From the human T2T-CHM13v2.0 reference genome, Homo sapiens: a stretch of 64,000 nt of DNA. Made by a program: the position numbers and the translations under genes. Below are positions 12,670 through 25,601 of this stretch, in pieces (the first letter of the stretch is position 1; each line of letters begins with the position of its first letter). The notes under the pieces were generated by a model, which did not search any database, was not told the DNA's origin, and saw only the letters and a program-made list of their open reading frames with translations. The DNA lies in the NCBI RefSeq assembly GCF_009914755.1, contig NC_060936.1; one strand, given 5' to 3'.

Positions 12670-13186
12670 TCCTCTACCCTAAGAACCCATTCATAAGCAT
12701 TTTCCTTTCTTAAATGTTTTTGAGCCTTTCTAGCCATTGTAAGTCTCCCCACAGGGGTGTGGGAGAACACTGAGGATGTAATTACTTGTATGGAACACAC
12801 TTTGTGGTTCAGAGGGCCTGAAGCCAGGCCTAGTTTCACACATCCACTCCACCACCACGGTGGACGTAGTCCTTCTCAAATATGTGCCTCAGAGATGACA
12901 TCAGTAAAATGGAGAATTTCATAGTGCAATTCTTGGACCTCATGTCAGGTAATAATACAAAATTCTTAAGTCAGTGTAAGATAAATTGTAAATAAGGGTT
13001 AACAATTATTATTAGGGGGAAGTGATCATTCTAGTCCACAATGTTGACCACAGCCCCATGGCCTCAAGGAGGACAGCAAGATGATGCGGAATGATCAGTC
13101 TCAGTCATAAAGAGTAACATTTGCCCAAACTGTAGGCATTTTAAGTAAGAATATAAGTGAAAGTTCTTTAAAAGTATCTCAAAAGC

Positions 13187-13320
13187 AGCTGGGTGCGGTG
13201 GCTCATGCCTGTAATCCCAGCACTTTGGGAGGCCGAGGTGGGTGGGTCACTTGAGGCCAGGAGTTCGGGACCAGCGTGGCCAACATGGTAAAATCCCATC
13301 TCTACAAAAAATAAAAATAA
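13187..13320 (+). mobile_element. Alu left monomer with its own TSD (FLAM_C-like or truncated AluJ/S)
   Basis: Left arm plus A-rich tail only; flanked by aaaagtatctcaaaag (13170-13185) and aaaagcatctcaaaag (13321-13336). Confidence 0.9.
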
Positions 13321-14280
13321 AAAAGCATCTCAAAAGACCTTTGTCTCTTGTGTTAAAATATCACTCTAGTACACAGGAGATTGAGCTATAAATCAAAACT
13401 ATACCTTCAGTTTCAAGTGAGTATGTAGAAAATGATGGCATTTTCTGAAGGACTGTAATTTCAATCAAATCCACATTACATGGAGTGGATGAAGATAACC
13501 TTGGCCTAAGACCATCTCATTGACTTCTCTCTCAGCTAATGGTACATATTCTATCTGTCGCTGATTTAAATCTGGCAGGTAATGAGTTTACTGCCTGACG
13601 GTTATGACAAGATCTTCTCCAAGAATGCTGTTTACACCAGAACTTAGCTTAACATTCCTCTGATTTCCCAATTTGTGGAACATGATGTTGATAGCAAACA
13701 AAGCTCCAAATCTATAAGCCAGTGGTGTCCTTGGGGGATATGTTCTTCCTCATGGGCACATAAAGATAAGAACAGGCCAAAGCTCTAACACAAAGGCTTG
13801 TTGCTTTCCCTCCCTACAGAGCACCAGAAGCCATGTTTTCTAGCAGTTTGTACAATGAAGCTAGGGTTTCTGTTTAGGCTGGCTGTTCCTGTACCCGCTC
13901 AGTGTTTCCAGTGTTTCTTTCTTTCTTTCTCTTCTGGCCACAGAGCCTTTGATTTTTTTTCCCTTCAGGACCCACCATTTCTCCACTCTCAAGCCAAGGG
14001 ATTCAGAGGAACATTCCCATCCTCCAAGTCCAAGCGATGGTCATATGACCAACCTAACTTCTTCTACCACAATGGCCACTGTACTTAGCTAGAACAATAC
14101 AAGCCCAGGCAACAAGACTCAAGTCTGGGACATTTTGGAAACTATTAAGGAAATATCTTTCTTCTCTGTCTCCCTCTCCCATCCCCTTCCTTCTTTCCTC
14201 CTTCCTCTCTGTCTCTCTCTACCTCTCAGATGAAGACAGGATCTAAACCTCCACACATTTACACATCTCTCTTCCAAGAC

Positions 14281-14516
14281 CTGCATTCACCTGTTGATGG
14301 ACATTTACATTGTTTTCAGATTTGAGCTTTTACAAATAAGGCTGCTATGAACGTTCATATACTATACCTGTATGGTCACACACACTCATTTCTCTTAGGT
14401 ACATACTTGGAAGGAGTGTGACTGGGTTATGTGGTAGGTCTATATTTCACTTTTTAAGAAACTGCCAAACTTTGAAAAGTAGCTCACTCAGCATCACATG
14501 AGAGTTGTGGTTGCTC
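14281..14516 (-). mobile_element. L1M (L1ME/MC) fragment
   Basis: cattcacctgttgatggacattt, aaggctgctatgaac, tttaagaaactgccaaact. Confidence 0.75.
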
Positions 14517-14519
14517 GAC

Positions 14520-16855
14520 CTCAGAGGCCTAGTGAAGAATCCAATTTCCAATAGCACCCAGCAGAAACGAGGGTAACTTCCAGCCCCATGGTGTCAGCAT
14601 ATTCACAGAGAAACTGTGATGAGGCACTTCCACCCTCCCAGCCAGGGAAGAATCAGTAGGGACCTAGTGGGAACCAAAACCCCCACCCTCATCCAGCAGT
14701 AACAAGGGCCATGTCCTTTCCTGCTCAGGTGTCCATGAAGGCTGAGTGGGGATATCCACTTCTGCTCTTGTGTTGCATAAGAAGGCTGACAAGTGGTATC
14801 AGTAAAAAATAAAACAGTGAAATGAGGAGTTTTAAATATAGTTTCACAACATAATACAAAAATGTCTTGGTTTCAGCTGAAAATAATTTGTCGTACTAAT
14901 AACTAGAAAGATCTGAAAGTGAATGAAAAAAGGCAATTGATACTATCACTGAGATGACAGAGATGTTAGAATGATCTGACCAAGATTTAAGACAGTCATT
15001 ATAAAGATGCTCCTAACAGCAATTGGACACATGCTTGAAACAAATGAAACACTCAGTTATCAACTAGAAAGACTAGAAAAACAAAGACTCAGTTATCAAC
15101 TAGAAAACAGAAAGACTCAGTTATCAACTAGAAAATCTCACCAAAGAAATGGGAGAGAAAAGGAGGAACCAAGCAGAAACTTTCAAGCTGAAAAGTACAA
15201 TAACAAAAATTTAAAAACTTCAATGGATGTTCTCAACTGCAGAATGGAGGAGAAAGAATCAGTAAACTGGAAGATAGAAACAGAGAAATTGTTCAATATC
15301 AAAAAGAGAAGATACTCTGAAAAATAGTGAAAAGAGCCTCAGGAACTCGTAGGATTATAACAAAAAGTCTGCTCACCAGAGTCCCAGAGGGAGATGAGAA
15401 AGAAGTTAGGGCTGAATAAGCGCTCGGGGAAATCATGCTTGGAAACTTTCCAAATATGATAAAATAGATACACATATAGATTTGAGAAGCTGAGTGAACC
15501 CTAAGCAGCAGTAAACACAAAGAAATCCACACCAAGGCATATCAGAATCACATTTCTAGGCACTAAAGATTTTTTTTAAATGTTAAAAAAATAAGAGAAA
15601 AATGACACTTTACCTACAGGTAAAAACAATTTTAAATACAACAGAATTGTCATCAGAAACTGTGGAGGCCAGAAGGAAGTGCAGCATTTTTCAAATGCTA
15701 AAAATAAAAAAATCCCTGTCAACCCAGGATTCTATATCCAGTAAAAGTATCCTTCAGGAGTTAAGAGGAAATCAAGACATTCTTATATAAAGGAAAATTA
15801 AAAGAACTTGTCACCAGCAGATCTACCCTAAGAAAATGGCTAAAGGAAGTTCTTTAAACAGAAAGAAAATAATTTTAAAAAGGACTGTAAGAATATCAGG
15901 AAGAAAGAACTTAACAAGCCAAAATACATGTAAAAACAACAGAATTTCTTCTCATCTTGAGTTTTCTAAATAATGTTTGCTGGTTGAAGCAAAGATTATA
16001 ACACTGCATGATGCGGTCTTAAATGTATGTAGAGGAAAGAGTTAAGGTAATTATACTATAGATGTTGGAAGGTAAGACTCTTAAAGAGAGATAAGATTTT
16101 TTATTTATTACTTGAAATGAGAAAATTATAACACCAGTAAACTTTGATAAGTTGTGTATGTAAATGAATCTCTAGAACAATCATTTAATGAGGCACTACC
16201 AAAAAGCAGACTCAAAAATATTTTATAGAAGTCAAAATGGAATTTTAAATATTGTTCAAGTAAACTCAAGCATTTGTTTCTCAACTATTAAAATTAATTA
16301 ATCCTCAAAATGCAGTCCATTATCTCCATTTTACAATTTGAATATTGAAACATAAAGAGAAAAGATCACTCTGAGTAAACTAGAATATGAGCCCAGATAA
16401 CTATCTGCTATGTTATATTGCCTTTCTCTTTTAAATTTTACATGCAGATAGATATTAATATCCACATTTTATAAGTCAAAGGCAAGAAAAAGAAAACAAA
16501 GGAAAAAGAGTAGAAAGCAAACAGAAAACAAAAAATTAAATGTCCGACTTGGGCCCTAACATATCAATAATTATATTAAATATAAAAGGCTTAAATACAT
16601 CATTGAAACACAGAGAATGGAAGAGTGGATTTAAAATACTACATAACTTTATGCTATGTACAAGCAAAACATTTCAAGTATAATGATATAGGCAGATTGA
16701 AAATAAAAAGACAAATATGAATATACATATCATGCAAACATTAATCAAAATTAAGGATTGACTATATTAATGTTAAATAAAATAGGCCTCACAGCAAAGT
16801 AAACAACCAGAGAAATAGAAGTTATATAGCAACAAAGAGGTCAATTCATCATGAC
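14520..16855 (+). mobile_element. Old L1M (L1MC/MD-type) 5' UTR, ORF1 and start of ORF2, degenerate, interrupted at about 16270-16480
   Basis: A-rich sense L1: gagatgacagagatgttagaat, atttgagaagctgagtgaaccc, catcagaaactgtggaggccagaagg, ccctaacatatcaataattatattaaat; triple actcagttatcaactagaaa at 15051-15135. Confidence 0.85.
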
Positions 16856-16859
16856 CTTT

Positions 16860-17110
16860 ATGTCAGAGAAGTGCCATGTGTCACTTTCTGGGCCAAAGCA
16901 TTTAAGATCCAGTGTCTGACCCTCCAGCCCTGGCTTTCCCTGCCTCACAACCATGGAGACCCCCAGTTTGAGGCAGTGGAGCTACAAGATGGAGCCAAGC
17001 AGGTCACTAGGTTCCTTGCTGGTGTGGGCCATTGCCCAGTTCCCTGAAGGAGTCTCCCAGAACTGAAGGGGAGTCTTCATTTTGTTAAACCACTGAGATT
17101 TTAGGATTGT
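16860..17110 (+). mobile_element. MLT1I/H-like LTR 3' part
   Basis: gtgtcactttctgggccaaagcatttaag...tttgttaaaccactgagattttaggattgt. Confidence 0.6.
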
Positions 17111-17189
17111 TAATTCTGCTTTCTTCTGGAATGATTTCTCAAAGTAATGGAGAGATGAACATGAGGATCATTTGTTGTGAAAGAACAAC

Positions 17190-17775
17190 TAGGTTTTCCT
17201 GACCAGAACAATCTACTCTGGTGACAGCACCTACATTTTCCTTTTGTGAGTGGCTCCTGCCCACTCTCCGGCCAGCTGCTTAAGTAAGTTAACTTCACCG
17301 TTGGCACCAGGTGTGAGCACATGGCTCAGGCATGGCCAAACAAAGCATTCTATCCTTCTGAAAGCAGGGATTTGCTTAGGGGTGGGCGAGTGGCCCAGGC
17401 AAAGCCAGTCAGAGCTGATGAATTATTAACACTCCAATTACTCAGAAAAGTAACCAAAACTATTGGAAAGATAAATTTTATTTTCTTGCTAAGGGAAAGA
17501 ACATAGGTCTACAACTGCTAATGTTCATCTCTCCATCACTTTGAGAGATCATTCAGAAGAAAGCACAACTAAGAGATGAACAGACAGAGATAAAGATAGA
17601 GATAGAGACATACAGGAGGTTATTGATGGTATAGATCCAGACCTGGACTCCTTCCAGCCTGAAGCTTGAAGGATTCTACTTTTGGATTTTCCAGTTACAT
17701 GAATCAATACATGTTTTCACTTTGTTTAAACAATTTTGAATTAATCTTTCTTTCACATGCAGCTGGAAGAGGACT
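17190..17775 (+). mobile_element. MLT1K-like old MaLR LTR
   Basis: gagcacatggctcaggcatggccaa, ggtgggcgagtggcccagg, ggattttccagttacatgaatcaata. Confidence 0.6.
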
Positions 17776-17809
17776 GCATATTAAAGTAGTATGACTTTGA
17801 GTAACATTA

Positions 17810-18110
17810 ATGACAATAATTGTTATTGAGTAATGACTGCACACTAGTCACTGTGTTTAGACTTTTTCCGAGATTATTACAATTACTTCTCCAAATGCAT
17901 TTTATTATCCCCAACTTACAGATTTGAGTATTGAAATATGGAGAGGGAAGGTCACTCTGAGCAAATTAGGATTTGAACCCAGGTGGCTCTATCCACTCTA
18001 TTACCTATTACCTTTCTCTTTTAAATTTCACATACAGGTAGATATTAATATCCACATTTTATAAGTCAGAAAAAAACTGAGGCAAAGAAAACTTTATAAG
18101 ACATAGTCAA
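17810..18110 (-). mobile_element. MIR fragments (donor of the copy at 16270-16480)
   Basis: ttattatccccaacttacaga, aggatttgaacccagg, cattttataagtcagaaaaaaactgaggc. Confidence 0.65.
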
Positions 18111-18304
18111 AATACAGGTCCCTCAACTTCAAAATTCCCTTTTGGGGATATTCAGAAAACCCCTTCACTAAAATTCAGCTTTCTATGGAAGATGTTGAAT
18201 TTTAGCTCTAAAAGGAAAATGGCTTCATTGTCCAGTAATAGAACAGTGGAGGCTACAGTGTTGGTCACATGAGTGCAAGCAAGGGACACTGGAGAAGGAA
18301 ACTA

Positions 18305-18495
18305 CCAACAATAACTGTTTACTGGGGCTATTGAATATGTCTGTGTGCTAGTCACTGCTCGTCCTTCTGTATCCGCTAACTCATTTAGTCCTCACACATC
18401 CCTCTGAGTTAAGTAATATTATTTCTCTTCTGCTAATAATGAAGCTGAAGCACGGGCCATTTCACTGTCTTGCCCAAATTGTACAACTAAGGAAA
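18305..18495 (-). mobile_element. MIR fragment
   Basis: taactcatttagtcctcac...gaagctgaagcac...cttgcccaa. Confidence 0.6.
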
Positions 18496-19526
18496 TTGCT
18501 GGGGGAAGAGGAAGAGGCAGGGGAGACAAGAGCTCACCTGGGCAGTCTCTTCCTGGATTGTGGCAGAAGCCTTGGTCCTCTACCTACACCCATCCTTCAG
18601 GTCCAGACAAGGGTAAGCTGGGCTGTCTTTCATCCCAGGTCCTCGGGCTTTAATATTGTCTCAGAGTAATATTGTCCCAAGCCACAGACCATCTATTTCC
18701 CTTGGCGGGCCCGAGTCTTTCTGAGTAAGGGGTGCTCTTTGTAACAGAAGTGTCCCTCTGAGAGGGTGCCCTCCACTGACTTGGCAGTCTCCCTCCTGGC
18801 CACCTGTGGCTGTCAGGGCATCATCCTTTCCCAGATGCCGCCTCCGTTTCTCAGGCCCAATCACCATTGTAATTGTACGACACCAAGCCCTGGGGTCCAG
18901 CAAGAGCCACAGGTGAGACGCTGTTCTCTGGACTGAATTAGAGGAGGTAATCGTCTTCATGCACGCCTTCTAGGCTTAAAATCACCTCCTCCAAGAATGA
19001 AAATCTAAGCTGCTGAACTTAACTCCAAGTAGCAGTGAATGGAGCCACTTACAGGGGAGGCTGGCTGGGAAACTGTAACTGTGAAATATGGCTCAAGAGG
19101 AGGAGAGGTTAGGAGGAGGTGACCAGGTGCCTGAAACCAGACACTGGAGCTTTTCCTGGCAAGAAACAGCCCCTGGAACGTTCATCACTTAGGGAGTGTG
19201 ATGATGAGATGCGCGTGGTTCATTTCTGTCCTGCACTTACAAGTCATCTTGGAATTGTGACATCAATCAGCTCTCGGGAAACGGAGAGAAGAAAATCACC
19301 TGAGGGCCAGAGCTAGGCAACATCCTCTCTGCTGATTGCTCAGTTGTGACTTTGTGTTTCGTGAAACAAAGTGGGTTTGATGTTATTGATAAAAGTTAAT
19401 GAACATATTTTTATTTTAAAAATCACATTTGTTGCCAAAATTACATCTTTAAAAATCACCTGAAAATCTAACACTCAAAGATAACACATGATGACTTTTC
19501 CTGATCTCTGTCTCTGCCTCCCTCTC

Positions 19527-20275
19527 ATGCATACACTACGTGCACACCACGTGCACAACCACAAACACACACACTCCACATGCACAACCACATGTACCCA
19601 CATACACATGCTCCACGTACACAACCACATACACACACATACACACACACACCACATACACAACCACAAACACACACACTCCACATGCACAACCACATAC
19701 ACACACAAACATGCATACCACATGCACAACCACATACACATACATACACAGGCTCCACATACACAACCACATGCACATACATACATGCACACCACATACA
19801 CACATACACATGCATACACACACTCTACATGCACAACCACATACACATGCAAACATGCTCCACATACACAACCACATATGCATACACGCACTCCACATGC
19901 ACAATCACATACACATGCACACACACACTTCACATGCTCAACTGCATACACACACTCCACATGCACAACCACATAAACAAACATACACACACTCCACATG
20001 CACAACATACACATGCACACACACACTCCACATACACAACCTCATCCACATGCATACACACACTCCACATGCACAACCACATACACACACATACACACAC
20101 TCCACATGCACAACCTCATACACACACATGCACACACTCCATATACACAATCACATACACACGCATACACTCACTCCACATGCACAACCTCACACACATG
20201 CATACATGCACTCCACATGCACAAGCACACGTGCACAACCGCATACACACACATGCACGCGCTCCACACGCGCAG
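19527..20275. repeat. CA-rich minisatellite (core cacacactccacatgcacaaccacata)
   Basis: About 20 degenerate copies separated by variable (CA)n. Confidence 0.95.
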
Positions 20276-20289
20276 CCTCAACAGCCTGC

Positions 20290-20612
20290 TGTTTCCTTTC
20301 ACAATGAGTCGTGACAACATGTGCACAATGTTACCTACCAGGGAAGCTCTTTAGAGACTCAGTGCCCAGGGTGTTTATTGGGGATGGGTCGAGTAGGCAC
20401 CCTCTGCCTGCCATGCTCCAAAACTCCAGAGTCTCACAAGGAAAGCAAGTGTTATGACTGAACAAATTGTATACACAATTCTATCGCAGTGAGCCACCTT
20501 ATCATTTAGGAAAAGTTTTGCATCAGTGTAGGGAGCTGTTGACAAATCAAATTCCCAGAAGCTGGCATAGGTCCGGTCTTGCAAGCAGATCTTTTCCAAG
20601 GGGAGCAGGCAA
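20290..20612 (-). mobile_element. MER21-family LTR internal fragment
   Basis: Reverse complement aligns with the MER21 copy at 22215-22540. Confidence 0.85.
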
Positions 20613-20765
20613 AATCTAGGATAGAGATAACAGTCTCTATCTGAGCTTTGAGATATAGGCAATACTCGCTATGTAGGTACAGTCTCCTCTGCCACATCTT
20701 AGAATAAGTTCATTGTGTTACCTCCAAATTTTTGCAAATGCCTAGAGAGTTAAATTCCACCTTTA

Positions 20766-20897
20766 TCATTTATCCATCCATTCATTCAACAAGTTTGTGT
20801 TATGTGATTTCTCGGAGTCATCCACTGTTCTAGGCACTGGGATACAATGGGAAAGAAGGCAGATAAAGTACTTACCCTCATGGGACTTCTGTCTAAG
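20766..20897 (-). mobile_element. L2 3' end
   Basis: cattcattcaacaa...ctgttctaggcactgggataca...ccctcatgg. Confidence 0.7.
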
Positions 20898-21838
20898 ACA
20901 AGTTCTCCTGGCCACAGGCAACTGTCTGTTTCTGGCTGCCCAATCAGATAATGAGAAGTGGAGTTTAAGGTGTTGGCTTAACATTTTAGATATAAAATGT
21001 TATCTCTTGGAACCATAACCTATAGCTCAAAGAGACATGGGAGGTCTAAGAAGTTCCTTAATTAGGACTCATGCTAATTCTATTAGAATTCTTTTTATTG
21101 TTTTTTCACATGGCTTCCTAGTCTACCAACAGTCAGGAAAATATTGGTTTTTACTGCATATGTAAGTGTGATTTGAGGTTCTTTATTGTTTCCCTTGTGT
21201 GTTTCTATTTGTTTTTACTGAAATATTGATTTGCCTACATATGCTATGGCAACCTGGGTGAGAAAACAGTCAAATTTATGCGGATTTCTGTTGTTATTCT
21301 TGTTGCTTTATTTGCTTTTCCTGCAAGTAGAGTGGGGGAGCTCATTCTAATTTTCATTTATTGCATATTGTGGCTTGCTGATTAGTCACCAACATCCTCT
21401 GCATTACAGAACTGGTATTTGCTTTCATAACAAAATATACAAGGTGTGAGACACCATTTACCAGCTACTTGTGATGTTCTTCTACACATTCCAGTGTTCA
21501 CTGTTGCTAATATATTTCCTTTTACTATGTGATTTTATCATTTATTTCCAGGGCTGAAAGGCTATTATTTTATATACAGGACTGTTTCCTATCACATTCC
21601 AATAGAGAATATATTGGATTTACAGGAGCAAAAATCTATACTTTTTCTTCCAAAATTACTTCAAATGTATATATGATGAAAAGTATTTAGATTTTTTAAT
21701 TTCCCTGTGAAATAGAATGTGTTGCATACTCTAGCATAGCTTACCAGTTAGCAAACATGTACTTCAGGCTTGATCTTCAGGGAACTCTGAAAGGAAGAAA
21801 TCTCAGTGGCATTGAATGAGCACAGCATTTTGCATGAA

Positions 21839-22136
21839 TTTTTGTTTGTTTGCTTGTTTGTTTGTTTTTGTTTGAGACAGAGTCTTGCTCTGTCACCCAG
21901 GCTGGAGTGCAGTGGCACAATCTCGGCTCACTGCAAGCTCTGCCTCTGGGTTTCACGCCATTCTCCTGCCTCAGCAGGAGGTGCCCACCACCATGCCCAG
22001 CTAATTTTTGGTATTTTTAGTAAAGACAAGATTTCACCATGTTAGCCAGGATGATCTCGATCTTCTGACCTCGTGATCTGCCTGCCTCAGCCTCCCAAAG
22101 TGCTGGAATTACAGGCATGAGCCACCGTGCCCGGCC
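21839..22136 (-). mobile_element. AluY/Sc8-type with an internal deletion of about 20 bp and a (TTTG)n tail
   Basis: ctgcaagctc, cacgccattc, gttagccaggatg; ctcccgagtagctgggactac is missing; TSD-like tttgcatg(g)aat on both sides. Confidence 0.93.
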
Positions 22137-22194
22137 TTTGCATGGAATATTTTATTAAATCTGCAAATAACCCTGAGGGAGGTTGGGAAGAAAG

Positions 22195-22759
22195 GAGTTG
22201 ACACAGAAGAGCTGTGCCTGCTATCCTTGGAAAAGATCTGCTTGCAAGGCTGGACCTAGGCTGGCATCTGGCAAATTGACTGGTCATCATCTCCCTACAC
22301 TGACATAAAACTTATCCTAAATGATAAGGTGGCTCACTGCCATTGAATTGTGTCTACAGTTTGTCCAGTCTTACTCAACACCTGCTTTCTTTCTTGGAGT
22401 CTGAATTTTTGGTGCATAGCAGAGAGAAGATGTCTACTTGACTCATCCCCAATAAAAACCCTGGACACTGAGTTTCTAAAGAGTTTCCCTGATAGGTAAC
22501 ATTTTGCACATGTTGTGACAACTCATTTGCTGGAGGAAACAAGTGCATCCTGTGCGACTTCACAGGGGGAGAAGAGTCTTGGGAGTTTGTGCCTGGTCTC
22601 CCCTGGACTTTACCCCATGCACTTTTTCCCTTTGCTGATTTTACTCTGTATCCTTTCACTGTAATAAGTCATAGCTCTAAGTATGACTATATGATGAGTC
22701 CTAGGAGTCTTCCTAGAGAATTACCTAGTCTATGGGTGGGCTCAGAGACCCCTGGCACA
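22195..22759 (+). mobile_element. MER21A/B-like ERVL LTR
   Basis: atccttggaaaagatctgcttgcaagg, cccaataaaaaccctggacactgag, terminal gacccctggcaca. Confidence 0.88.
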
Positions 22760-22764
22760 GGTGT

Positions 22765-22880
22765 GTATTGTTATCATGGACATTTACATAACTGAGGAAG
22801 CTGAGGCTCCGGGAGTTTCCTGAGGCCACACAGCTGGGAAGTGGCACAGCAGGTGTGGCCTCCTTCAAAGTCTAAAGAGA
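22765..22880 (-). mobile_element. MIR fragment
   Basis: catttacataactgaggaagctgaggctc...cacacagctgggaagtggc. Confidence 0.6.
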
Positions 22881-23081
22881 CTCCCTCATTCCTCAAACTG
22901 AGGATGTGTGTACTGCAGAACCCACACTCAGAACCCTGGAAGCTGTGTTCTGTCTCACTCATGACTTTCATTGTTCCTGCTGGTCTAATGCTTGTAGCCT
23001 GTCTTGGGAAGGATTCATGAAATCAACAAATACCAGAATCTGGAAAGGCAGAGGAATATTGATTCTAAATTCTAATACTCA

Positions 23082-23515
23082 ACAGGGCCACCACTAATGG
23101 CTGTCCATGTTGTGCACTGCACAGCACCACCCTATATAAAGGGCCAATATTCACAATCAATCAATATTATAGATTTGCAATACCTGAGTCACCAGTTCCA
23201 AGATACATTTTTTCCCCATACTTTAACAGTCCTATAATTTGGAAACATTTTAAAGCAATGGCATCTGGCACTTGTAACTGGCAGCATTTTTTCACTGGTG
23301 GTTTGTAAAATACTGATAATTCTGACAATCAAAAGAAACTTCAATTTGATAAAATATAGCATTTGTTATGAAAAGTTTACCCCCCAATGGCTGTGAGGTT
23401 TAGACTCAGTGTACTAAAACAATTTTCTCACAGATAGTAGGAAAAGTGTCATCAGGAAGAACCAGAATTTTAAAAATTTTTCATAAGTACCATATGAGCT
23501 AGTGGTGATGCCAGA
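23082..23515. mobile_element. MER91-like hAT relic with a nested MER104-like TcMar relic (about 23182-23359)
   Basis: cagggcc...gttgtgcactgcaca start; inner piece aagatacatttttt...ggcagcattttt...gataaaatatag. Confidence 0.45.
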
Positions 23516-24341
23516 ATTCAGGCAAACATAAAAAGGACTCACCTCCTATGTGCATGCAATTAATGTCCATAATTAAAGCCAACAACAGTATTTTCCCTTT
23601 CAATATTTATATACAATTTAACCACTTTACAATTTTTAAAGGTAATTTGCATGTTTAGTATTCTCTCAGCAGAACAAATAAAGATTGAACACACATTTTT
23701 TACTTTGATATATTGATGCTTCTATTTATTTTTCTTCATGTTGAATCCAACACAATGCAACACTGACTTTTTTTGTCATTGACACAAGTATTTCATTTCA
23801 TGCCTCATCGATTTCTCTCATCTGGGCTAGAACTGGTCCCCAAAGTCAGACAGGGGAAGCCTGAGATTCATCCACCATTCCCATCTTGCAGGAGTTGGTG
23901 TCATATTTGGTGTCTGAGACATGGCAGCTCTGCTCTCTGACCTGGCCCCCAAGTCCTGCCACTGAGCTCTCTGGCCCCACCTGCAGATGGCTGCATAGGA
24001 AGGAACCACATGGCTTCAAAGGGAATCCCTGACCAGCACTGCTAGCCCTCAACATCAGAAGTTCTCATTATCACAGGCGCTTGGTGCCTAGTGGTGGGAC
24101 AAAGCACTTCATTATCAAGGTGTTTTGGTACCCCAGCTTTCAACGACATCAGCCTTTTTAGCTCCATATTCCTTCACATCTGTAGCAAATACAACAACCT
24201 TAACATATCTACAAACCACCTGGCTTATGTTTAATTTTAATTACTCAATTGGAAAAAAAAGTTTCTCATAATTAACTACAAGTACAGTTACAAAATATCA
24301 CTTTGTGTTTAAAACTTCTACACAGTTTTCCCAGCCAATGC

Positions 24342-24343
<2 letters not shown>

Positions 24344-24377
<34 letters not shown>
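24344..24377. repeat. (AC)n microsatellite, about 17 units
   Basis: Perfect ac run. Confidence 0.95.
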
Positions 24378-24378
<1 letters not shown>

Positions 24379-24570
24379 ACTTCAGTTCTTAAGTGTATGT
24401 CTTTCCTTATTTATTTATTTTTATTTTACAATCTCTACCAGGTGTTGATCAACAAGATTATATTTTTAGAAGGCTAGAAGGGGAATTTTACAAATTATAT
24501 AAGTGTGGTAATTGTCAAATATATAGAATTAAATGCAAAAACTATATATACAGGACCATATGATCCAAAA

Positions 24571-24835
24571 CTGGGATCCTTAACCTCAGCCCTGTTTATA
24601 TTTATTATCATATTCTGCTGGAATTTATATTTATGATGTGCTGTTGACATTTGAGGACAGATGATTCTCTGCTGGGGAGAACGATCCTGTGTATTGCAGA
24701 ATGTTTAGCAGGATCCTTGGCCTCTACCCACCAGCACCAACTCTCCCAGATGAGACCAAAAAAAAAGAAAAATGTCTTCAGACATTGTCAAATATGACCT
24801 GAGGGGACAAAGCCACTCCTAGCCAAAAACCACTG
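24571..24835 (-). mobile_element. MER20 DNA transposon relic
   Basis: aatgtttagca...ggcctctaccca...aaaaatgtcttcagacattgtcaaat...aaccactg. Confidence 0.8.
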
Positions 24836-25601
24836 ATCCAAAGTGATTTCTCATTCAACTGTCTAAAGTCAATGTTAACTGATCAAGGATATTCTTAGCC
24901 CCAGAATGACCATCCTAAGGCAGAGAGAATTGTACTCATGAAAAACTTATCATTCTCCCAATTTTGTAGAATTTGAACAGGTGTTGCTTTGCATATTGAT
25001 TGCCATGTCACTTGAATACTTAGAGGCATAAAGTAACTTATTATTTCTGATGATTTATGATTTATCATTTCTCAGTGTATTATTTCACTGGAATTTGGAC
25101 AGGGCTCTCCTGGGCGGTTCTTCTGCTCCCATGGCATTGGTCAGGGTCATTCACATGGTGGGACTGCATATCTGAAGCACCAGTGCTTCTCCAGGAAAGC
25201 AGCTTAAGCTTCCTTTCAGTATGGAGGTCTCTGCAAACTCAGACTTCTTAGATGGGATTATTGATGACTGTATTTGAAGACTATCTATCACAGAAGGCAG
25301 AATGTTTCTATATCTCTGATATATTTTTCTGAATTTAAATTTTATAAATCTGCTAAGATTCAAGCCATTCATATCTTTCTGTTGTTGCCTTTTTTTTCTG
25401 AAATGGTAACCTCTAATAGAAAAGTGACTCAGGATAAACGTCAAAGGCATGTTTCAGGTGAATCTGCTTAAAACACAAGAAGGAAGGAGTGTTAGTGAGG
25501 GAGTGAGGAAAAAGAGGATCTGAAAGTGTAGAAGGAGGTGCTATGATGTCTGCACCACACACAAACCTTGAGCCAGGTTTGGGTTTCTGGGCTGGGAAAA
25601 G

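Noticed and set aside
14520-16855. L1 ORF1/ORF2 as coding sequence (e.g. ORF 15007-15327)
   Set aside because: Many stops and frameshifts; an inactive relic.
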